Source of the DNA: an uncultured Polynucleobacter sp.
Lineage (GTDB): Bacteria > Pseudomonadota > Gammaproteobacteria > Burkholderiales > Burkholderiaceae
DNA length: 49,970 nt
Assembly (NCBI GenBank): GCA_964449745.1
Contig: CAYVBV010000002.1
Location: 1-49,970 of the forward strand
Direction of reading: 5' to 3'
In this document: positions 1 to 9,995 of the stretch, one piece after another
How the letters are laid out: each line of letters begins with the position of its first letter
How positions within the stretch are numbered: position 1 is the first letter of the stretch
Made by a program: the position numbers and the translations under genes
The notes under the pieces: generated by a model
Database searches by the model: none
The model's input: only the letters and a program-made list of their open reading frames with translations
What the model was told of the DNA's origin: nothing

Positions 1-2
1 GC

Positions 3-725
3 CTTGCTGTATTAGTATGGCTTACCTCTTATAGAACTCCTCTGTTCTTCGCACAAGCTGTAGGGCGTGTAGTAAGAGCTAGAAAGCCTAACGAAACTGC
101 AACCGTCTTTCTACCTGCCGTTAGACCATTGTTAGAACTTGCGGCAGACCTAGAAAAACAAAGAGGTCATTCAGTTTTTAAACTTACTCCTGTTGATGAT
201 GAGATGCTTCAAGTTGAAATTAATGACAAGGAAAGAGAAGCGGCAGAATACGAGTTGAATGAATATAAGGCTATTGGAAGTCAAGCTCAATTTGCCCATG
301 TCGTATATAGTGGTAAGTCTATAACTGCTAGAAGAATAAGAGAAGGTTTATCCGCTGAGGAAAGCGAATACCTGGGACTGTTTTCTGTGCCAGGACTCCT
401 CTCCCCTGAAGAGACCGCTGAAATGCTTGCCGCTAGGGATAAGGCTTTTGAATCTAAGTCTTCTAAACTTGTAGCATCTTCGGAAGTCTCTGCTGAGGTA
501 ATATCTTCCCCTAGCATACCGCCTGAGCAGTTACATTTGAAGTTGATGGATTTGCGTAAAGAGATAACTGCTCTTGTAAATAAACTCTCAGTTAGGATGG
601 GTCGTTCACACTCTGACATCCATATCTTGACAAGAAAAATAGTGCCAGGTCCAGCAAATGCTGATGCAGATTTGGACGTACTGTCAAAACGTAGAGACTG
701 GCTACTGGGTAGGCTAGAGCACTAG
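3..725 (+). CDS. SF2 DEAD/DEAH-type helicase, C-terminal part (actinobacterial Rv2917-like family), truncated by the window edge
   Basis: The frame is open from base 3 and reads LAVLVWLTSYRTPLFFAQAVGRVVRARKPNETATVFLPAV (motif VI QxxGR). The C-terminal HSDIH...PGP segment matches this family. Confidence 0.8.
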   Translation, partial: LAVLVWLTSYRTPLFFAQAVGRVVRARKPNETATVFLPAVRPLLELAADLEKQRGHSVFKLTPVDDEMLQVEINDKEREAAEYELNEYKAIGSQAQFAHVVYSGKSITARRIREGLSAEESEYLGLFSVPGLLSPEETAEMLAARDKAFESKSSKLVASSEVSAEVISSPSIPPEQLHLKLMDLRKEITALVNKLSVRMGRSHSDIHILTRKIVPGPANADADLDVLSKRRDWLLGRLEH

Positions 726-799
726 TATTGCTTGTCGTTAGAGATATACTAAGACATGCTAAAATAATAAAGCAAAGGGAAAATAGAAGTCCTAGATTC

Positions 800-805
800 C
801 CGATA
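800..805 (+). promoter_or_regulatory. CCGATA motif upstream of recA
   Basis: cCCGATAtaaaa, followed by SD AGGAG and ATG at 845. Confidence 0.7.
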
Positions 806-844
806 TAAAACATACAACTAAGGAATACCAGGAGTCCATAAACT

Positions 845-1906
845 ATGACAGAAAAGAATTCACCATCCGCAGCGAAGCTAGCCGCATTAGATGCTGCACT
901 TGCTCAAATTGACAAGCAGTTCGGTAAAGGCTCAGCCATGCGAATGGGAGAGCAGCCAGAAACTAAGCTAGAAGTTATCCCAACTTCTTCAACCGCACTA
1001 GACATCGCACTAGGCGTTGGAGGATACCCAAGGGGACGTATCATTGAGATTTATGGACCAGAGTCCTCTGGTAAGACTACTCTTGCTCTACATGCAGTAG
1101 CTAACGTACAGAAGCAGGGCGGAATCGTCGCCTATATTGACGCTGAGCACGCTCTAGACCCAATTTATGCTTCTAAGCTAGGTATTGACCTAGACAGCAT
1201 GATTATCAGCCAGCCTGACACAGGTGAGCAAGGTCTTGAGATTGCAGATACACTGATTCGTTCAGGTTCCGTTGACCTAATCGTAATTGACTCTGTTGCA
1301 GCACTAGTGCCTAGAGCAGAGATTGAAGGCGAAATGGGAGCATCTCACGTAGGTCTACAGGCTCGTATGATGAGCCAGGCTCTACGTAAGATTACAGGAG
1401 CTCTTAACCAGACTGGCACAACTGCAATTTTCATTAACCAGCTTCGCGAGAAGATTGGCGTTATGTTCGGTTCCCCAGAGACTACAACTGGTGGTAAGGC
1501 ATTGAAGTTCTACGCTTCTGTCCGACTAGACATCCGTCGTATCGAGACACTCAAAGATGGTACTGATGCAGTAGCAAACCGTACCCGTGTTAAGGTAGTA
1601 AAGAACAAGGTTGCAGCTCCTTTTAAGCAAGCCGAGTTCGACATCATCTTCGGTGAGGGCATTTCATTCGAAGGTGGATTGCTTGACCTTGGAGTCCAGT
1701 TTAATATCGTCAAGAAGTCTGGTGCATGGTTTACCTATGGAGACACTCAGCTTGGACAGGGTAAGGAAAAGTCTCGACAGTTCCTTAAGGACAACCCTGA
1801 GATTTCAGCTGAAATTGAAAAGAAGATTCAGCATGAAGCAGGTCTAAAGAGCGACGAGATCGTTATTGGGTCAGACGCCGCTGCGGTAGAGGAAGTCTCA
1901 GAATAA
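845..1906 (+). CDS. recA: Recombinase RecA
   Basis: GPESSGKTT Walker [48 protein letters not shown]; actinobacterial type; no intein. Confidence 0.99.
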   Translation: MTEKNSPSAAKLAALDAALAQIDKQFGKGSAMRMGEQPETKLEVIPTSSTALDIALGVGGYPRGRIIEIYGPESSGKTTLALHAVANVQKQGGIVAYIDAEHALDPIYASKLGIDLDSMIISQPDTGEQGLEIADTLIRSGSVDLIVIDSVAALVPRAEIEGEMGASHVGLQARMMSQALRKITGALNQTGTTAIFINQLREKIGVMFGSPETTTGGKALKFYASVRLDIRRIETLKDGTDAVANRTRVKVVKNKVAAPFKQAEFDIIFGEGISFEGGLLDLGVQFNIVKKSGAWFTYGDTQLGQGKEKSRQFLKDNPEISAEIEKKIQHEAGLKSDEIVIGSDAAAVEEVSE

Positions 1907-1915
1907 TTATATCAT

Positions 1916-1957
1916 AAATTAACCCCCTAGTCAAATCAACTAGGGGGTTAATTTTTT
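1916..1957. terminator. Bidirectional intrinsic terminator between convergent recA and the VWA gene
   Basis: AAATTAACCCCCTAG(T)...(A)CTAGGGGGTTAATTT inverted repeat followed by a T run. Confidence 0.85.
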
Positions 1958-1980
1958 CCTGGGGAGCAGGAAGTGTTTTG

Positions 1981-3465
1981 CTAAACGGTTTCCTCTGGGG
2001 TTATAGACACAACTCTAGCCCACTCTGGAACTTGGTTTTTGCCGTTTTCATCAGTTAGCCCAACGATAAGAGTTGTTCCTTTGAGTGGCTCGTCGTGCCA
2101 GGGAGTATATCCGTCGGTAAGCACTATAATTACATCAGGCTTTTCCCTGTCCTTCATAGCTGCGTCAATTCCCACTCTCATATCAGTGCCTCCGCCACCA
2201 GAAAGAGAAACCTGACTGATTTTTGAGACTCGCTGGATAGTTGCTTTGGCATCGCAAGAAATGACTTTTACATTTCTTCCGTTTGAGCCAAGTGAGCGTA
2301 GAACCCCTTGGGTTTCTGACAATGCCCAAGACAGCATAGAATCTGACATAGAGCCAGAAGTATCAATAACGATTGACACCTTCGGCGGTGCTGGCTGTCT
2401 CATAGCAGGAAGAACAATAGACTGCCCTGTACTCCGCATAGCGGCATCTCTTCTCGAAGGGCGAGAATAAGTGTAGTCTCTTAGTCCTGCGACCTGAGCA
2501 AAGCTCCTTCTGATGATAGAGGAAAGCTCTCGTCTCCAATCTACGGTTGGCTCAAGAATTTCTTTAGCCCAACGCTCAAGCCCAGCAGGAACATTTCCTC
2601 TGTTCTTTGAGTGGTTAGCAATCTCAGTAGCCACTTTCTGACGGATAATGTCAGCTCGGTCTGAGTCAATTCCAGAATCTACTTTGTCTCCTTCGATTTC
2701 GTAGTCTCTTGCTATTCCGTCTGCACCAGAGCCACAGTCCCAACCTTTCGGCGTTCCGTGCACAGGGCAATTTGGGTCTGTTCCAGAAGAGCTGCCTTCG
2801 CCCTTAGAAGCGTCAGGGGTAGATTGTGAATCACTACTCTCGGCTCCCTTCTTGTCCTCTCCTGAGCCATCCTCAGGCTTCTCAGAGTTGTTTGAAGAAG
2901 AGTTGCCTTCTGAGGAGTCATCAGCCTGGCTCTGTCCTTCCTCTGAATTCTCAGAAGAAGAGCCGCAGGTGCAAGCCTCTGACTCCGCCTTAGTTTTGAT
3001 AACCTGGTAAATTTGTTCTGCACTCATAGTGCGAGCTACATCATAGCCTTGCTCTACTAGAGTGTCTACATATACAGCACCTTCTGGCAGACCAATGTTT
3101 GCATCTTTGAGGTCTGCGTTGATAACGCTGTCTCCTGCGATGTTGAAGATTTTAGCGTATTGCTTTGGCTCTCCAATCATATTTTGGAATCGCTCAGAGT
3201 GTCCTCGGATGCAGTGCCCTACCTCGTGTAGTAAAACGCCAGCAAGTTGCTCTACTGACCACTCCATAATTGTAATAGGGTCGTAGTATAGTCTCCACTT
3301 GTCGTCGGATGCCATTGTTCCGAGATTAGGAACCACTACTGGCACCATTGAGAATAGTGCGAGAGAAAGGTAAGGCTGCTTTTCGCTAGCAAGCACTCGT
3401 GCCGCATTGAGACGTAGAGTAACTGCGGCTTTGTCGTATTCGACCTTGTTTGTCTGTTCTGACAT
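1981..3465 (-). CDS. HExxH metallopeptidase-like domain + acidic linker + VWA domain protein (DUF2201-type), MoxR partner
   Basis: LLHEVGH; VWA MIDAS IDTSGSM, GGGGTD, VLTDG; start placed at ATG 3465 after SD GGGAGG. Confidence 0.9.
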   Translation of the reverse strand: MSEQTNKVEYDKAAVTLRLNAARVLASEKQPYLSLALFSMVPVVVPNLGTMASDDKWRLYYDPITIMEWSVEQLAGVLLHEVGHCIRGHSERFQNMIGEPKQYAKIFNIAGDSVINADLKDANIGLPEGAVYVDTLVEQGYDVARTMSAEQIYQVIKTKAESEACTCGSSSENSEEGQSQADDSSEGNSSSNNSEKPEDGSGEDKKGAESSDSQSTPDASKGEGSSSGTDPNCPVHGTPKGWDCGSGADGIARDYEIEGDKVDSGIDSDRADIIRQKVATEIANHSKNRGNVPAGLERWAKEILEPTVDWRRELSSIIRRSFAQVAGLRDYTYSRPSRRDAAMRSTGQSIVLPAMRQPAPPKVSIVIDTSGSMSDSMLSWALSETQGVLRSLGSNGRNVKVISCDAKATIQRVSKISQVSLSGGGGTDMRVGIDAAMKDREKPDVIIVLTDGYTPWHDEPLKGTTLIVGLTDENGKNQVPEWARVVSITPEETV

Positions 3466-3491
3466 ATTATAACCTCCCCAGGTATATAAAT

Positions 3492-3520
3492 AGTATAGCA
3501 CGATTTTGTGTTGGTTGCAA
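3492..3520 (-). promoter_or_regulatory. sigma70/SigA-type promoter of the VWA gene
   Basis: TTGCAA-N17-TATACT with TG extension on the minus strand. Confidence 0.7.
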
Positions 3521-3528
3521 GTATAAAA

Positions 3529-3574
3529 ATAAAAAAGAGGGGGTAGAATTTATCAGGATTTTCTACCCCCTCTT
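3529..3574 (-). terminator. Intrinsic terminator after the AAA ATPase gene
   Basis: 14-bp stem AAGAGGGGGTAGAA/TTCTACCCCCTCTT followed by a T run on the minus strand. Confidence 0.8.
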
Positions 3575-3590
3575 GTGTTTATGAAAGAAA

Positions 3591-4691
3591 CTAGATAATC
3601 TTTGCTTCTTTCAAGATTGGAGCAAGTGCCTTTAGGCTCTCTGCATCTGGCATAACATTATCGCTTGGGCGAATCTGCATCCAACGCTTTCCAATTGCTA
3701 CCGCAACATCGCTGTGGTTAGACTTTGCGATTACAGCGATTAGGCGACCAGCAGCCTTCCAGCGGTCAGGAGTGTTGTTCTCCTTTACTACGGCTAGAAC
3801 CGAAGCCCCGATGGCATAAACCTTGTCGCCACGGGTAGGTGGCTCAAAGTTTTCAGGCTTTGCGAGTAGGTCTTCTGGGTTAGGAAGGTCTAGCTCGTCA
3901 ATGTAGGAGAGGAACTCGCCAGCGGTTCCGACTCCAATAGCACCTGCGATTAGAAGTCTGCGAGTTGTAGCAGAGGAGTTAGCGGCAGTTGCAAAACCCA
4001 AAAGTGTTGCAACCATCTCCCACGAACGAGGAGTCGGGTAAGCACGACCAGCCTCGGCTGTTGCCTTTGGCATAACAGTTACCATATCTGGTCTAGCGTT
4101 TAGGAAGGCGGCAACAAGCAACCTAGCTTCACGAGTCGCAGTGGCAACTGCCTCTGGGTCTGGATTTGGAACACGAATAGGAGACCAACCTGTCGCAAAA
4201 CCATCTCGCACTACCTCGGCTGGCAAGTGCCAGTCAAGGTGGCAGAAGCGGTTAGCCATTGGTGCGGCAAGATCCCAACCATCAGCAGCAATCTCTGGTG
4301 GGTTGGCTGCGGCTACGATTGAAACATCGTCTCCAAGATAGAGGTCGCCAACAATTCGGTCTAATGCAACACGAAGCATAGCAGCTTGAGTTGCGGGTGG
4401 TGCTGTTGAAATCTCATCGAAGAAGAGAATACTTGAAGACTTGTTCTCATTGATTTTCTGAGCCCAGTCTGGTGCGATAAGCTTAGTCTTGCCATCTACG
4501 ATGTGTGGCAAACCAGCAAAGTCGGAAGGTTCGCGGATGGAGGCTAGAATAGTTGTGATTTCACGACCAGTCTGCTCTGCGATTGCCTCTAGAACAGAGG
4601 TCTTACCCTGTCCTGGTGCTCCCCATAGAATGACGGGGGTCTTTGCTCCGATTGCTACGCCCAATGCGGCTGCGCTGTCTTGATAACTCAT
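3591..4691 (-). CDS. MoxR-like AAA+ ATPase
   Basis: GAPGQGKT Walker A, LFFDE Walker B, AAANP, NRFCH, PTPRSWE; adjacent to the VWA protein. Confidence 0.92.
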   Translation of the reverse strand: MSYQDSAAALGVAIGAKTPVILWGAPGQGKTSVLEAIAEQTGREITTILASIREPSDFAGLPHIVDGKTKLIAPDWAQKINENKSSSILFFDEISTAPPATQAAMLRVALDRIVGDLYLGDDVSIVAAANPPEIAADGWDLAAPMANRFCHLDWHLPAEVVRDGFATGWSPIRVPNPDPEAVATATREARLLVAAFLNARPDMVTVMPKATAEAGRAYPTPRSWEMVATLLGFATAANSSATTRRLLIAGAIGVGTAGEFLSYIDELDLPNPEDLLAKPENFEPPTRGDKVYAIGASVLAVVKENNTPDRWKAAGRLIAVIAKSNHSDVAVAIGKRWMQIRPSDNVMPDAESLKALAPILKEAKII

Positions 4692-4740
4692 TTGTTTACC
4701 TTGCTTTCCTGAATAAGAAGGTTATTAACCTTATATTTAT

Positions 4741-4769
4741 ATTATATAGAATAAATTGTCTTTTGTCAA
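4741..4769 (-). promoter_or_regulatory. Perfect sigma70/SigA promoter of the AAA ATPase gene
   Basis: TTGACA-N17-TATAAT on the minus strand. Confidence 0.85.
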
Positions 4770-4847
4770 ATCATTCTTTTTATTTTTTGCAATTTTCTGT
4801 TGTGTAATTATTGTAGCACACTTTCCGACATTTTATCTGAAATTAAC

Positions 4848-4876
4848 TTGCTTTTATTATTTTTATTTGCTATTAT
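4848..4876 (+). promoter_or_regulatory. sigma70/SigA-type promoter
   Basis: TTGCTT-N17-TATTAT with TG extension, then SD AAGGAG and ATG 4895. Confidence 0.65.
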
Positions 4877-4894
4877 ATATGTAAGGAGAAAACT

Positions 4895-5842
4895 ATGAGT
4901 ATACAGATGAGAGCTAGATACGACAAGATTAACTTTTTCGTATCCTGCGGAGAAGAAAACCACACCGCCGTTTTGTCTCTCGCTGGCGATCTCGAATCTT
5001 CTTACCATTCTTTTGAAGAAGAGCTAGTTATGGAACTGCTTGGAGGAAATGGCTCTGAGTGTTCTAAAATATCTAAAATTTATAAGGTTGCTCTACAGGC
5101 TTATAGGGCTGAAATTGGACTAGAAGACCCTAAGGGCGTTATTCCTGTGTCTGCCGATTCATATTGGAGAAGCGAGTCTCAATGTTCTCTATGCAACACT
5201 CGATATGGCACTCACGCAGTAAACACTCTAAAGCATTTTGCATCAGTAGAACACCTAGCTCAGACTAATGGAATTGGTGCTTATACTCAAATAATAAACC
5301 GAGTTTTGAGTTGGTTCCGCAGAAATAATTTTCAGAATCAGAATAATGCACATAGAAGAATTCGTAATATAGAAGATTTCAAAAACTACACTGGCTCTAA
5401 CCGCTTTGGAATTATTAGTGGAAGTGATTTACTCACGACTAGGTTTGTTGATTTAGCGTCGCATTTCACAGTCGTAGAGCCTAATGCTATAACTAAGCTT
5501 CGACACGTCTCGACAGTAGATAGGCTTTCATTTCTAATCGAGAATCTTGGAGAGAATAGAATAGCCAGAATCCGACGTAAACTTGTCTCCCCTAGCAAGC
5601 CGAACGGTTTTGTATCTTTTCTCTCTGCTAATAGAACCGTTAGCAACGAGATTATGCTTGATTTTATGTCTGCTGGTATCTATGCAAATATCTATACTTA
5701 TTCTAAATATGGTGCCACCGCACATCAAGCAACAAGAGTATATAATGCTACCAACGGCACAAAGACTCTAAAAGATTATTTGCTTAGTGGAGTGTCTCCC
5801 CTGGATGCAGTCCGAGACGCAGAAAGCCAGAGGCTAGTCTAA
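4895..5842 (+). CDS. Hypothetical protein (possible C2H2-like Zn site CSLC...HFASVEH)
   Basis: 315-aa ORF with SD and promoter; no family recognised. Confidence 0.7.
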   Translation: MSIQMRARYDKINFFVSCGEENHTAVLSLAGDLESSYHSFEEELVMELLGGNGSECSKISKIYKVALQAYRAEIGLEDPKGVIPVSADSYWRSESQCSLCNTRYGTHAVNTLKHFASVEHLAQTNGIGAYTQIINRVLSWFRRNNFQNQNNAHRRIRNIEDFKNYTGSNRFGIISGSDLLTTRFVDLASHFTVVEPNAITKLRHVSTVDRLSFLIENLGENRIARIRRKLVSPSKPNGFVSFLSANRTVSNEIMLDFMSAGIYANIYTYSKYGATAHQATRVYNATNGTKTLKDYLLSGVSPLDAVRDAESQRLV

Positions 5843-6310
5843 AGAGGGGAAATCTATGCCGAAATCTTTTGCCTCAGGCTTAGGATTTTGTGCTGGTATT
5901 TCTTCTTCCTCATATTCAGTGTGAAGTCCACTTAAACCAGACATAACTTTGGCATTTTCTATAAGAGCTTCTATCCCATCTTCGCTTGCTAGCCTGACGG
6001 CTTCTTGAAATGAGATACCCGCTTTGGCTAAAGCCCATCCTTGAGAGCCTGCCAATTTAGTATATTCAGAGACAAGTCTAAAGTCTCCTGTATCACCAGC
6101 AAGATTCCAATATCCTAGATACATCCATTCGACATAATCCTCAGGTGATAGATTTAATTCTTGAGCATATATCCAAGACGAAGATATCCAAAGCTCAATA
6201 CTATTGCGTAGACTGTGCGAAGATTCCCAAGATTTATTTTCATTTAGTTTAAGTATTGCTTTCGGAATAGCATTAATTACCACTTCTGGTAGGTTAGGTT
6301 CTTCGACCAT
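5834..6310 (-). CDS. Hypothetical protein
   Basis: 158-aa ORF directly downstream of dnaB with SD AAGGA. Confidence 0.7.
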   Translation of the reverse strand: MVEEPNLPEVVINAIPKAILKLNENKSWESSHSLRNSIELWISSSWIYAQELNLSPEDYVEWMYLGYWNLAGDTGDFRLVSEYTKLAGSQGWALAKAGISFQEAVRLASEDGIEALIENAKVMSGLSGLHTEYEEEEIPAQNPKPEAKDFGIDFPSLD

Positions 6311-6322
6311 ATTATGCTTTCC

Positions 6323-7669
6323 TTAATCTGGGATAGTCCTATTATCAAATCGGCTATATTTACCAAGCCACGACAAAACAATTGTTCCCGTTGGACCAGA
6401 ACGTTGTTTAGCAATAATAAAGTCTGCTTCTCCCGCTCTTGGGCTCTCTTTATCGTAAATTTCTTCTCTATGTAGTAGGATAACCACGTCGGCATCCTGC
6501 TCAAGGCTTCCTGACTCTCGTAGGTCTGATATAGCAGGCTTTTTATCTGCTCTCTGTTCCGATCCACGGTTAAGCTGCGAAAGTGCAAGAACTGGCACAC
6601 CGAACTCTTTTGCCAGAAGCTTTACACCACGAGAAATTTCGGATACCTCTTGCTGGCGAGAGTCTGTTCTCTTATCTGAATTCATAAGCTGTAGATAATC
6701 AATTGCTATCATATCTAGACCGTGGGCTCTTTGGAAAGACCTAGCCTGTGCTCGAATGTCGGTCATTGTCACTGCCGCATTGTCATCAATACCTAACTTA
6801 GCTCCAGCCATTTTTGCGGTGGCTTTAGAAATTTGCTGCCATTTGTGGTCGTCTAGGTCTCCGGTTTTCAGAGAGTGTAAATCAACATAAGCCTCTCCGG
6901 ATAAGGCTCTCATCATAACTTCTGTTTTTGACATTTCTAGGGAGAAAACTAGCACACTTTTCTTCTGCTTGAAAGCAGCGTGTCTTACCATATCCATCAT
7001 AAGAGAGGATTTTCCTACACCTGGACGTGCCGCAATAATAATCATCTGCCCTGGTCTTAGTCCATTCAAAGCGTAGTCTACTTCTGTAAATCCAGTAGGG
7101 ATGCCTGCGACAGTTTTACCTGAGGCTAGGGCATCAATTTCGTCTAATGTCATAGCGATGATTTCATCAGCTACTGGTACTTCTGTTCCAATACGGTCTA
7201 CAGCAAGATTGTCTAAAGCGGTTCTCATCTCTTCGACAATTCCGTTAGTGTTATCTGAACCGTCAAGAGCCGCAAGCTGCTGCATCTTAACACCAATGTG
7301 AGCTAGACCTCTACGCGTTGCAGCATCGCGGATAAGACCTGCATAGTGAGGTAATGAAGCGGGAGAAGGTGCCGATCCAACAAGCTCCGCAAGGTAGATA
7401 CTGAGCTCTCCAGGGTTTTTTGCCTTACCGCTTCTGTTTATGTTAGAAAGAACTGCAGTAGGCTCAACGGGCAGTCTATCATCATCCAACTCGCAAATAG
7501 CAGTATAAATGGTTTGGTGGAGAGGGAGGTAAAAATCGTCTGTGTCAAGCCTGCGTCGCATCTCGCTTACTGAATCAGCCGACATAAGAGCTATACCTAG
7601 CACTGCCTTCTCGGCATCTGGTTCGTGTGCGTTTACCGCGCTAACATCTATATTAGGCGTTGTCGACAT
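6323..7669 (-). CDS. dnaB: Replicative DNA helicase DnaB
   Basis: AARPGVGKS, FSLEMS, IDYLQLM, LSQLNR, DLRESGSLEQDADVV; no intein. Confidence 0.98.
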   Translation of the reverse strand: MSTTPNIDVSAVNAHEPDAEKAVLGIALMSADSVSEMRRRLDTDDFYLPLHQTIYTAICELDDDRLPVEPTAVLSNINRSGKAKNPGELSIYLAELVGSAPSPASLPHYAGLIRDAATRRGLAHIGVKMQQLAALDGSDNTNGIVEEMRTALDNLAVDRIGTEVPVADEIIAMTLDEIDALASGKTVAGIPTGFTEVDYALNGLRPGQMIIIAARPGVGKSSLMMDMVRHAAFKQKKSVLVFSLEMSKTEVMMRALSGEAYVDLHSLKTGDLDDHKWQQISKATAKMAGAKLGIDDNAAVTMTDIRAQARSFQRAHGLDMIAIDYLQLMNSDKRTDSRQQEVSEISRGVKLLAKEFGVPVLALSQLNRGSEQRADKKPAISDLRESGSLEQDADVVILLHREEIYDKESPRAGEADFIIAKQRSGPTGTIVLSWLGKYSRFDNRTIPD

Positions 7670-7707
7670 TATATGGTGCTCCTAGGTTTCCTCTGGTCCT
7701 AAATAAA

Positions 7708-7713
7708 TATCGG
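7708..7713 (-). promoter_or_regulatory. CCGATA motif upstream of dnaB
   Basis: cCCGATAtttattt on the minus strand, then SD AGGAG. Confidence 0.7.
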
Positions 7714-7764
7714 GATAGAGTGTCTTTCGATATAGTCATTATTATATCTGATTTTAAGTAAAAC

Positions 7765-8403
7765 TTAGCGACTATTTCTTTCATGAATTGGGCATGTGAT
7801 TCCATTATGTTCTATTGTATCTTGCATAAATCCCGGTGTGCCAGTACATCCTGGAACTACTTTACCCTTGAAAATTCTGCCATCAATTCTTTCGTAGTCT
7901 GAGTCAAGACCTTCAACTGTTAATACAGGTTCTATATTTAAGATGTGGCTAGGAAGTATTTTTACATGCACTTTTTCTGTACGAAGTTCCAGATAGTAGT
8001 TATTAATTTGTGCGACACCTTTGTAAGTATGTTTGGAACCGTCAGCACTCAGAACAGTAACTTCTACTGCTCTATCGATAAATCTTGCTAGGTCTTTTTT
8101 ATCGCCGTCCGCAAGCATGAAGGTAGTTCTAAGAGGTCCTGCATAGTGTGCGTACCCAAGAGAAATAGGATAAGCTTTTCCTATAGTTTCCCTAATTAAT
8201 ATTTCTCCTTCTTCAAAACTTCTAGCTTGTCCGTCGAAAAACATTTGGTCGGTAGTCTTGTCGTGAATTCTAAAATATACAGAGCTAATGTTGCCTGTTA
8301 CAATAACTTTAAAATGTTCGGTTTCCCACGTCCAAAGCGTTGTCATTTCATCAGACTGATGTTCCCAAGGAATAGGAGTGAAGTTTTGTGCATTTACCAT
8401 CAT
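7765..8403 (-). CDS. Hypothetical protein (probably leaderless)
   Basis: Start placed at ATG 8403 (MMVNAQ), 11 nt after CCGATA; C-terminal C...CPIH. Confidence 0.75.
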   Translation of the reverse strand: MMVNAQNFTPIPWEHQSDEMTTLWTWETEHFKVIVTGNISSVYFRIHDKTTDQMFFDGQARSFEEGEILIRETIGKAYPISLGYAHYAGPLRTTFMLADGDKKDLARFIDRAVEVTVLSADGSKHTYKGVAQINNYYLELRTEKVHVKILPSHILNIEPVLTVEGLDSDYERIDGRIFKGKVVPGCTGTPGFMQDTIEHNGITCPIHERNSR

Positions 8404-8414
8404 AGTATTAAAAG

Positions 8415-8420
8415 TATCGG
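8415..8420 (-). promoter_or_regulatory. CCGATA motif
   Basis: tCCGATActtttaatactATG on the minus strand. Confidence 0.7.
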
Positions 8421-8432
8421 ATATTTTTTGTC

Positions 8433-8461
8433 TTGGTTGTTTTCTAAAAATATGGTATAAC
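8433..8461 (+). promoter_or_regulatory. sigma70/SigA-type promoter
   Basis: TTGGTT-N17-TATAAC with TG extension, SD AGGAG, ATG 8496. Confidence 0.6.
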
Positions 8462-8495
8462 ATATATATAAACCAAGGACAACCAGGAGACCCAA

Positions 8496-9977
8496 ATGGC
8501 TAAATTTCTATCACTAGATGGCATCGACAAGAATGGCGTTCGCTCAGAAGTAATGGTGCAAACAGGAACCGGAAAGATTAAAGAAATCCTACCGAAAGGC
8601 AAGGCTGCAGCAGACGGCAGCTATCGTAACGTAGAAGTAGTTTTTACACCAGACAACCCTAAGCTTGTTCGCAAAGTTTACGCTTCTCTGGACACCACGG
8701 CTAAGGAGCTTTGGGAGTATGTACAAAAAGCTCAAGAAGAGCAGAGGGACATTGCATACCGCATTGAGTCGCAGAGAAAAAGAACTGTTGACCGTAATCT
8801 AAAATTTGAGGACCTACGTCCAGCAGACGATGTTGTGAGAGTTCTAGTGGCAATTGACTCGGTGTTCTCTCACGAGGCTAAGACCACACCTTCTGAGGAC
8901 CCTACCAATGGTGCTCCAAGTGCACTTGCTCAGGAAATTGCAGCAGCTCCAGTAGCGAGTTCTCCAGCGGTTGAGCCAGTTGCTGCGGCTCCTAAGGTAG
9001 AAAGCCCAGCTCGACTTCTAGCAGAGCTTGCGAAAGCTCGCCAGCTTAACCTGTCTGCAACGATTATTGACACATTAGTTGCTAATGCCGTAACTGCTGG
9101 TGCTTCCCTAGAGGATGCTTTGGCAGCAGGGATTGGTGAAGAGTTTGCTACCCCTGAGGCTCCATCTGCTATTTCTAGAGGGTTTGCAGTTGAGGAAAAG
9201 CCTTGGACTGCATACAACTCTGACGGCAGAGTAAACCCAGGTTCTTATATGGTTGCTCACGCGGCATCTGCTGAAAGGTTCTCTCTTGACCACCTAGTCG
9301 CTTTGTATTCAGATGGTAAGAAGAGCAATGTTGATGTAACAGACGAGATGATAGCCCAAGCGGCGTCTCTCGCACTAGTACTGCTAGAGATTACAGATGA
9401 AGTCCAGCGTAGAGTTGCTGGTAGAACAGACCGTCAGAAGAACTCGTACAACAGGGCTATGGCATTAGTTCTCGATGCAGTAGATAAGAGATACCCTGCT
9501 CCTATCGGAGGAAACAATGAAGCTCAGACGACATGGCGTTCAGGTGTAATAAATGAGTCCATGGAGAGATTCAATGGCATTCTCGCTGTCGCAGATGGTC
9601 GAGTCCCTCTTGCTGATACTTTTGCGGTGGAGGAAAAGGCTCCAACTGAGACAAGCGGTGCCGCTGCTCTTCAGGCGACATTGGGAGCAGTAGAGAAAGT
9701 ACACGCAATGGTTTCTTTCCCAAAGCCGAAGTCAATGCCAGTAGCAGGAGACAAGAAATTCGTCGAGCCTTCTCAAGAGGAAATCGCACTGCTTAGGGAC
9801 CTATGCGAAAAAGCAGGCGTAGCTACTGAGACTCGTGCAATCTCTAATTGGCTTGAAGCTGCTCTCGGAGTAAGAGTGTCTCGTAAGATTCATTCCCCTG
9901 TCCTAGCAGAGTTTGTGAAGTTCTATATTGATAAGGACACAGAGGAAGTTAAGAAAGAGATTCTTAGCCACAACTAA
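8496..9977 (+). CDS. Hypothetical multidomain protein with Ala/Pro linkers
   Basis: 493-aa ORF with strong SD; no family recognised. Confidence 0.8.
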   Translation: MAKFLSLDGIDKNGVRSEVMVQTGTGKIKEILPKGKAAADGSYRNVEVVFTPDNPKLVRKVYASLDTTAKELWEYVQKAQEEQRDIAYRIESQRKRTVDRNLKFEDLRPADDVVRVLVAIDSVFSHEAKTTPSEDPTNGAPSALAQEIAAAPVASSPAVEPVAAAPKVESPARLLAELAKARQLNLSATIIDTLVANAVTAGASLEDALAAGIGEEFATPEAPSAISRGFAVEEKPWTAYNSDGRVNPGSYMVAHAASAERFSLDHLVALYSDGKKSNVDVTDEMIAQAASLALVLLEITDEVQRRVAGRTDRQKNSYNRAMALVLDAVDKRYPAPIGGNNEAQTTWRSGVINESMERFNGILAVADGRVPLADTFAVEEKAPTETSGAAALQATLGAVEKVHAMVSFPKPKSMPVAGDKKFVEPSQEEIALLRDLCEKAGVATETRAISNWLEAALGVRVSRKIHSPVLAEFVKFYIDKDTEEVKKEILSHN

Positions 9978-9978
9978 C

Positions 9979-9984
9979 CCGATA
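9979..9984 (+). promoter_or_regulatory. CCGATA motif
   Basis: cCCGATAtattatctaatATG (11-nt spacer, no SD). Confidence 0.7.
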
Positions 9985-9995
9985 TATTATCTAAT

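Noticed and set aside
726-844. SOS (LexA) box upstream of recA
   Set aside because: No actinobacterial CGAAC-N4-GTTCG site is visible; the only clear motif is CCGATA.
845-7669. Inteins or introns in recA and dnaB
   Set aside because: Both proteins have normal length and contiguous motifs.
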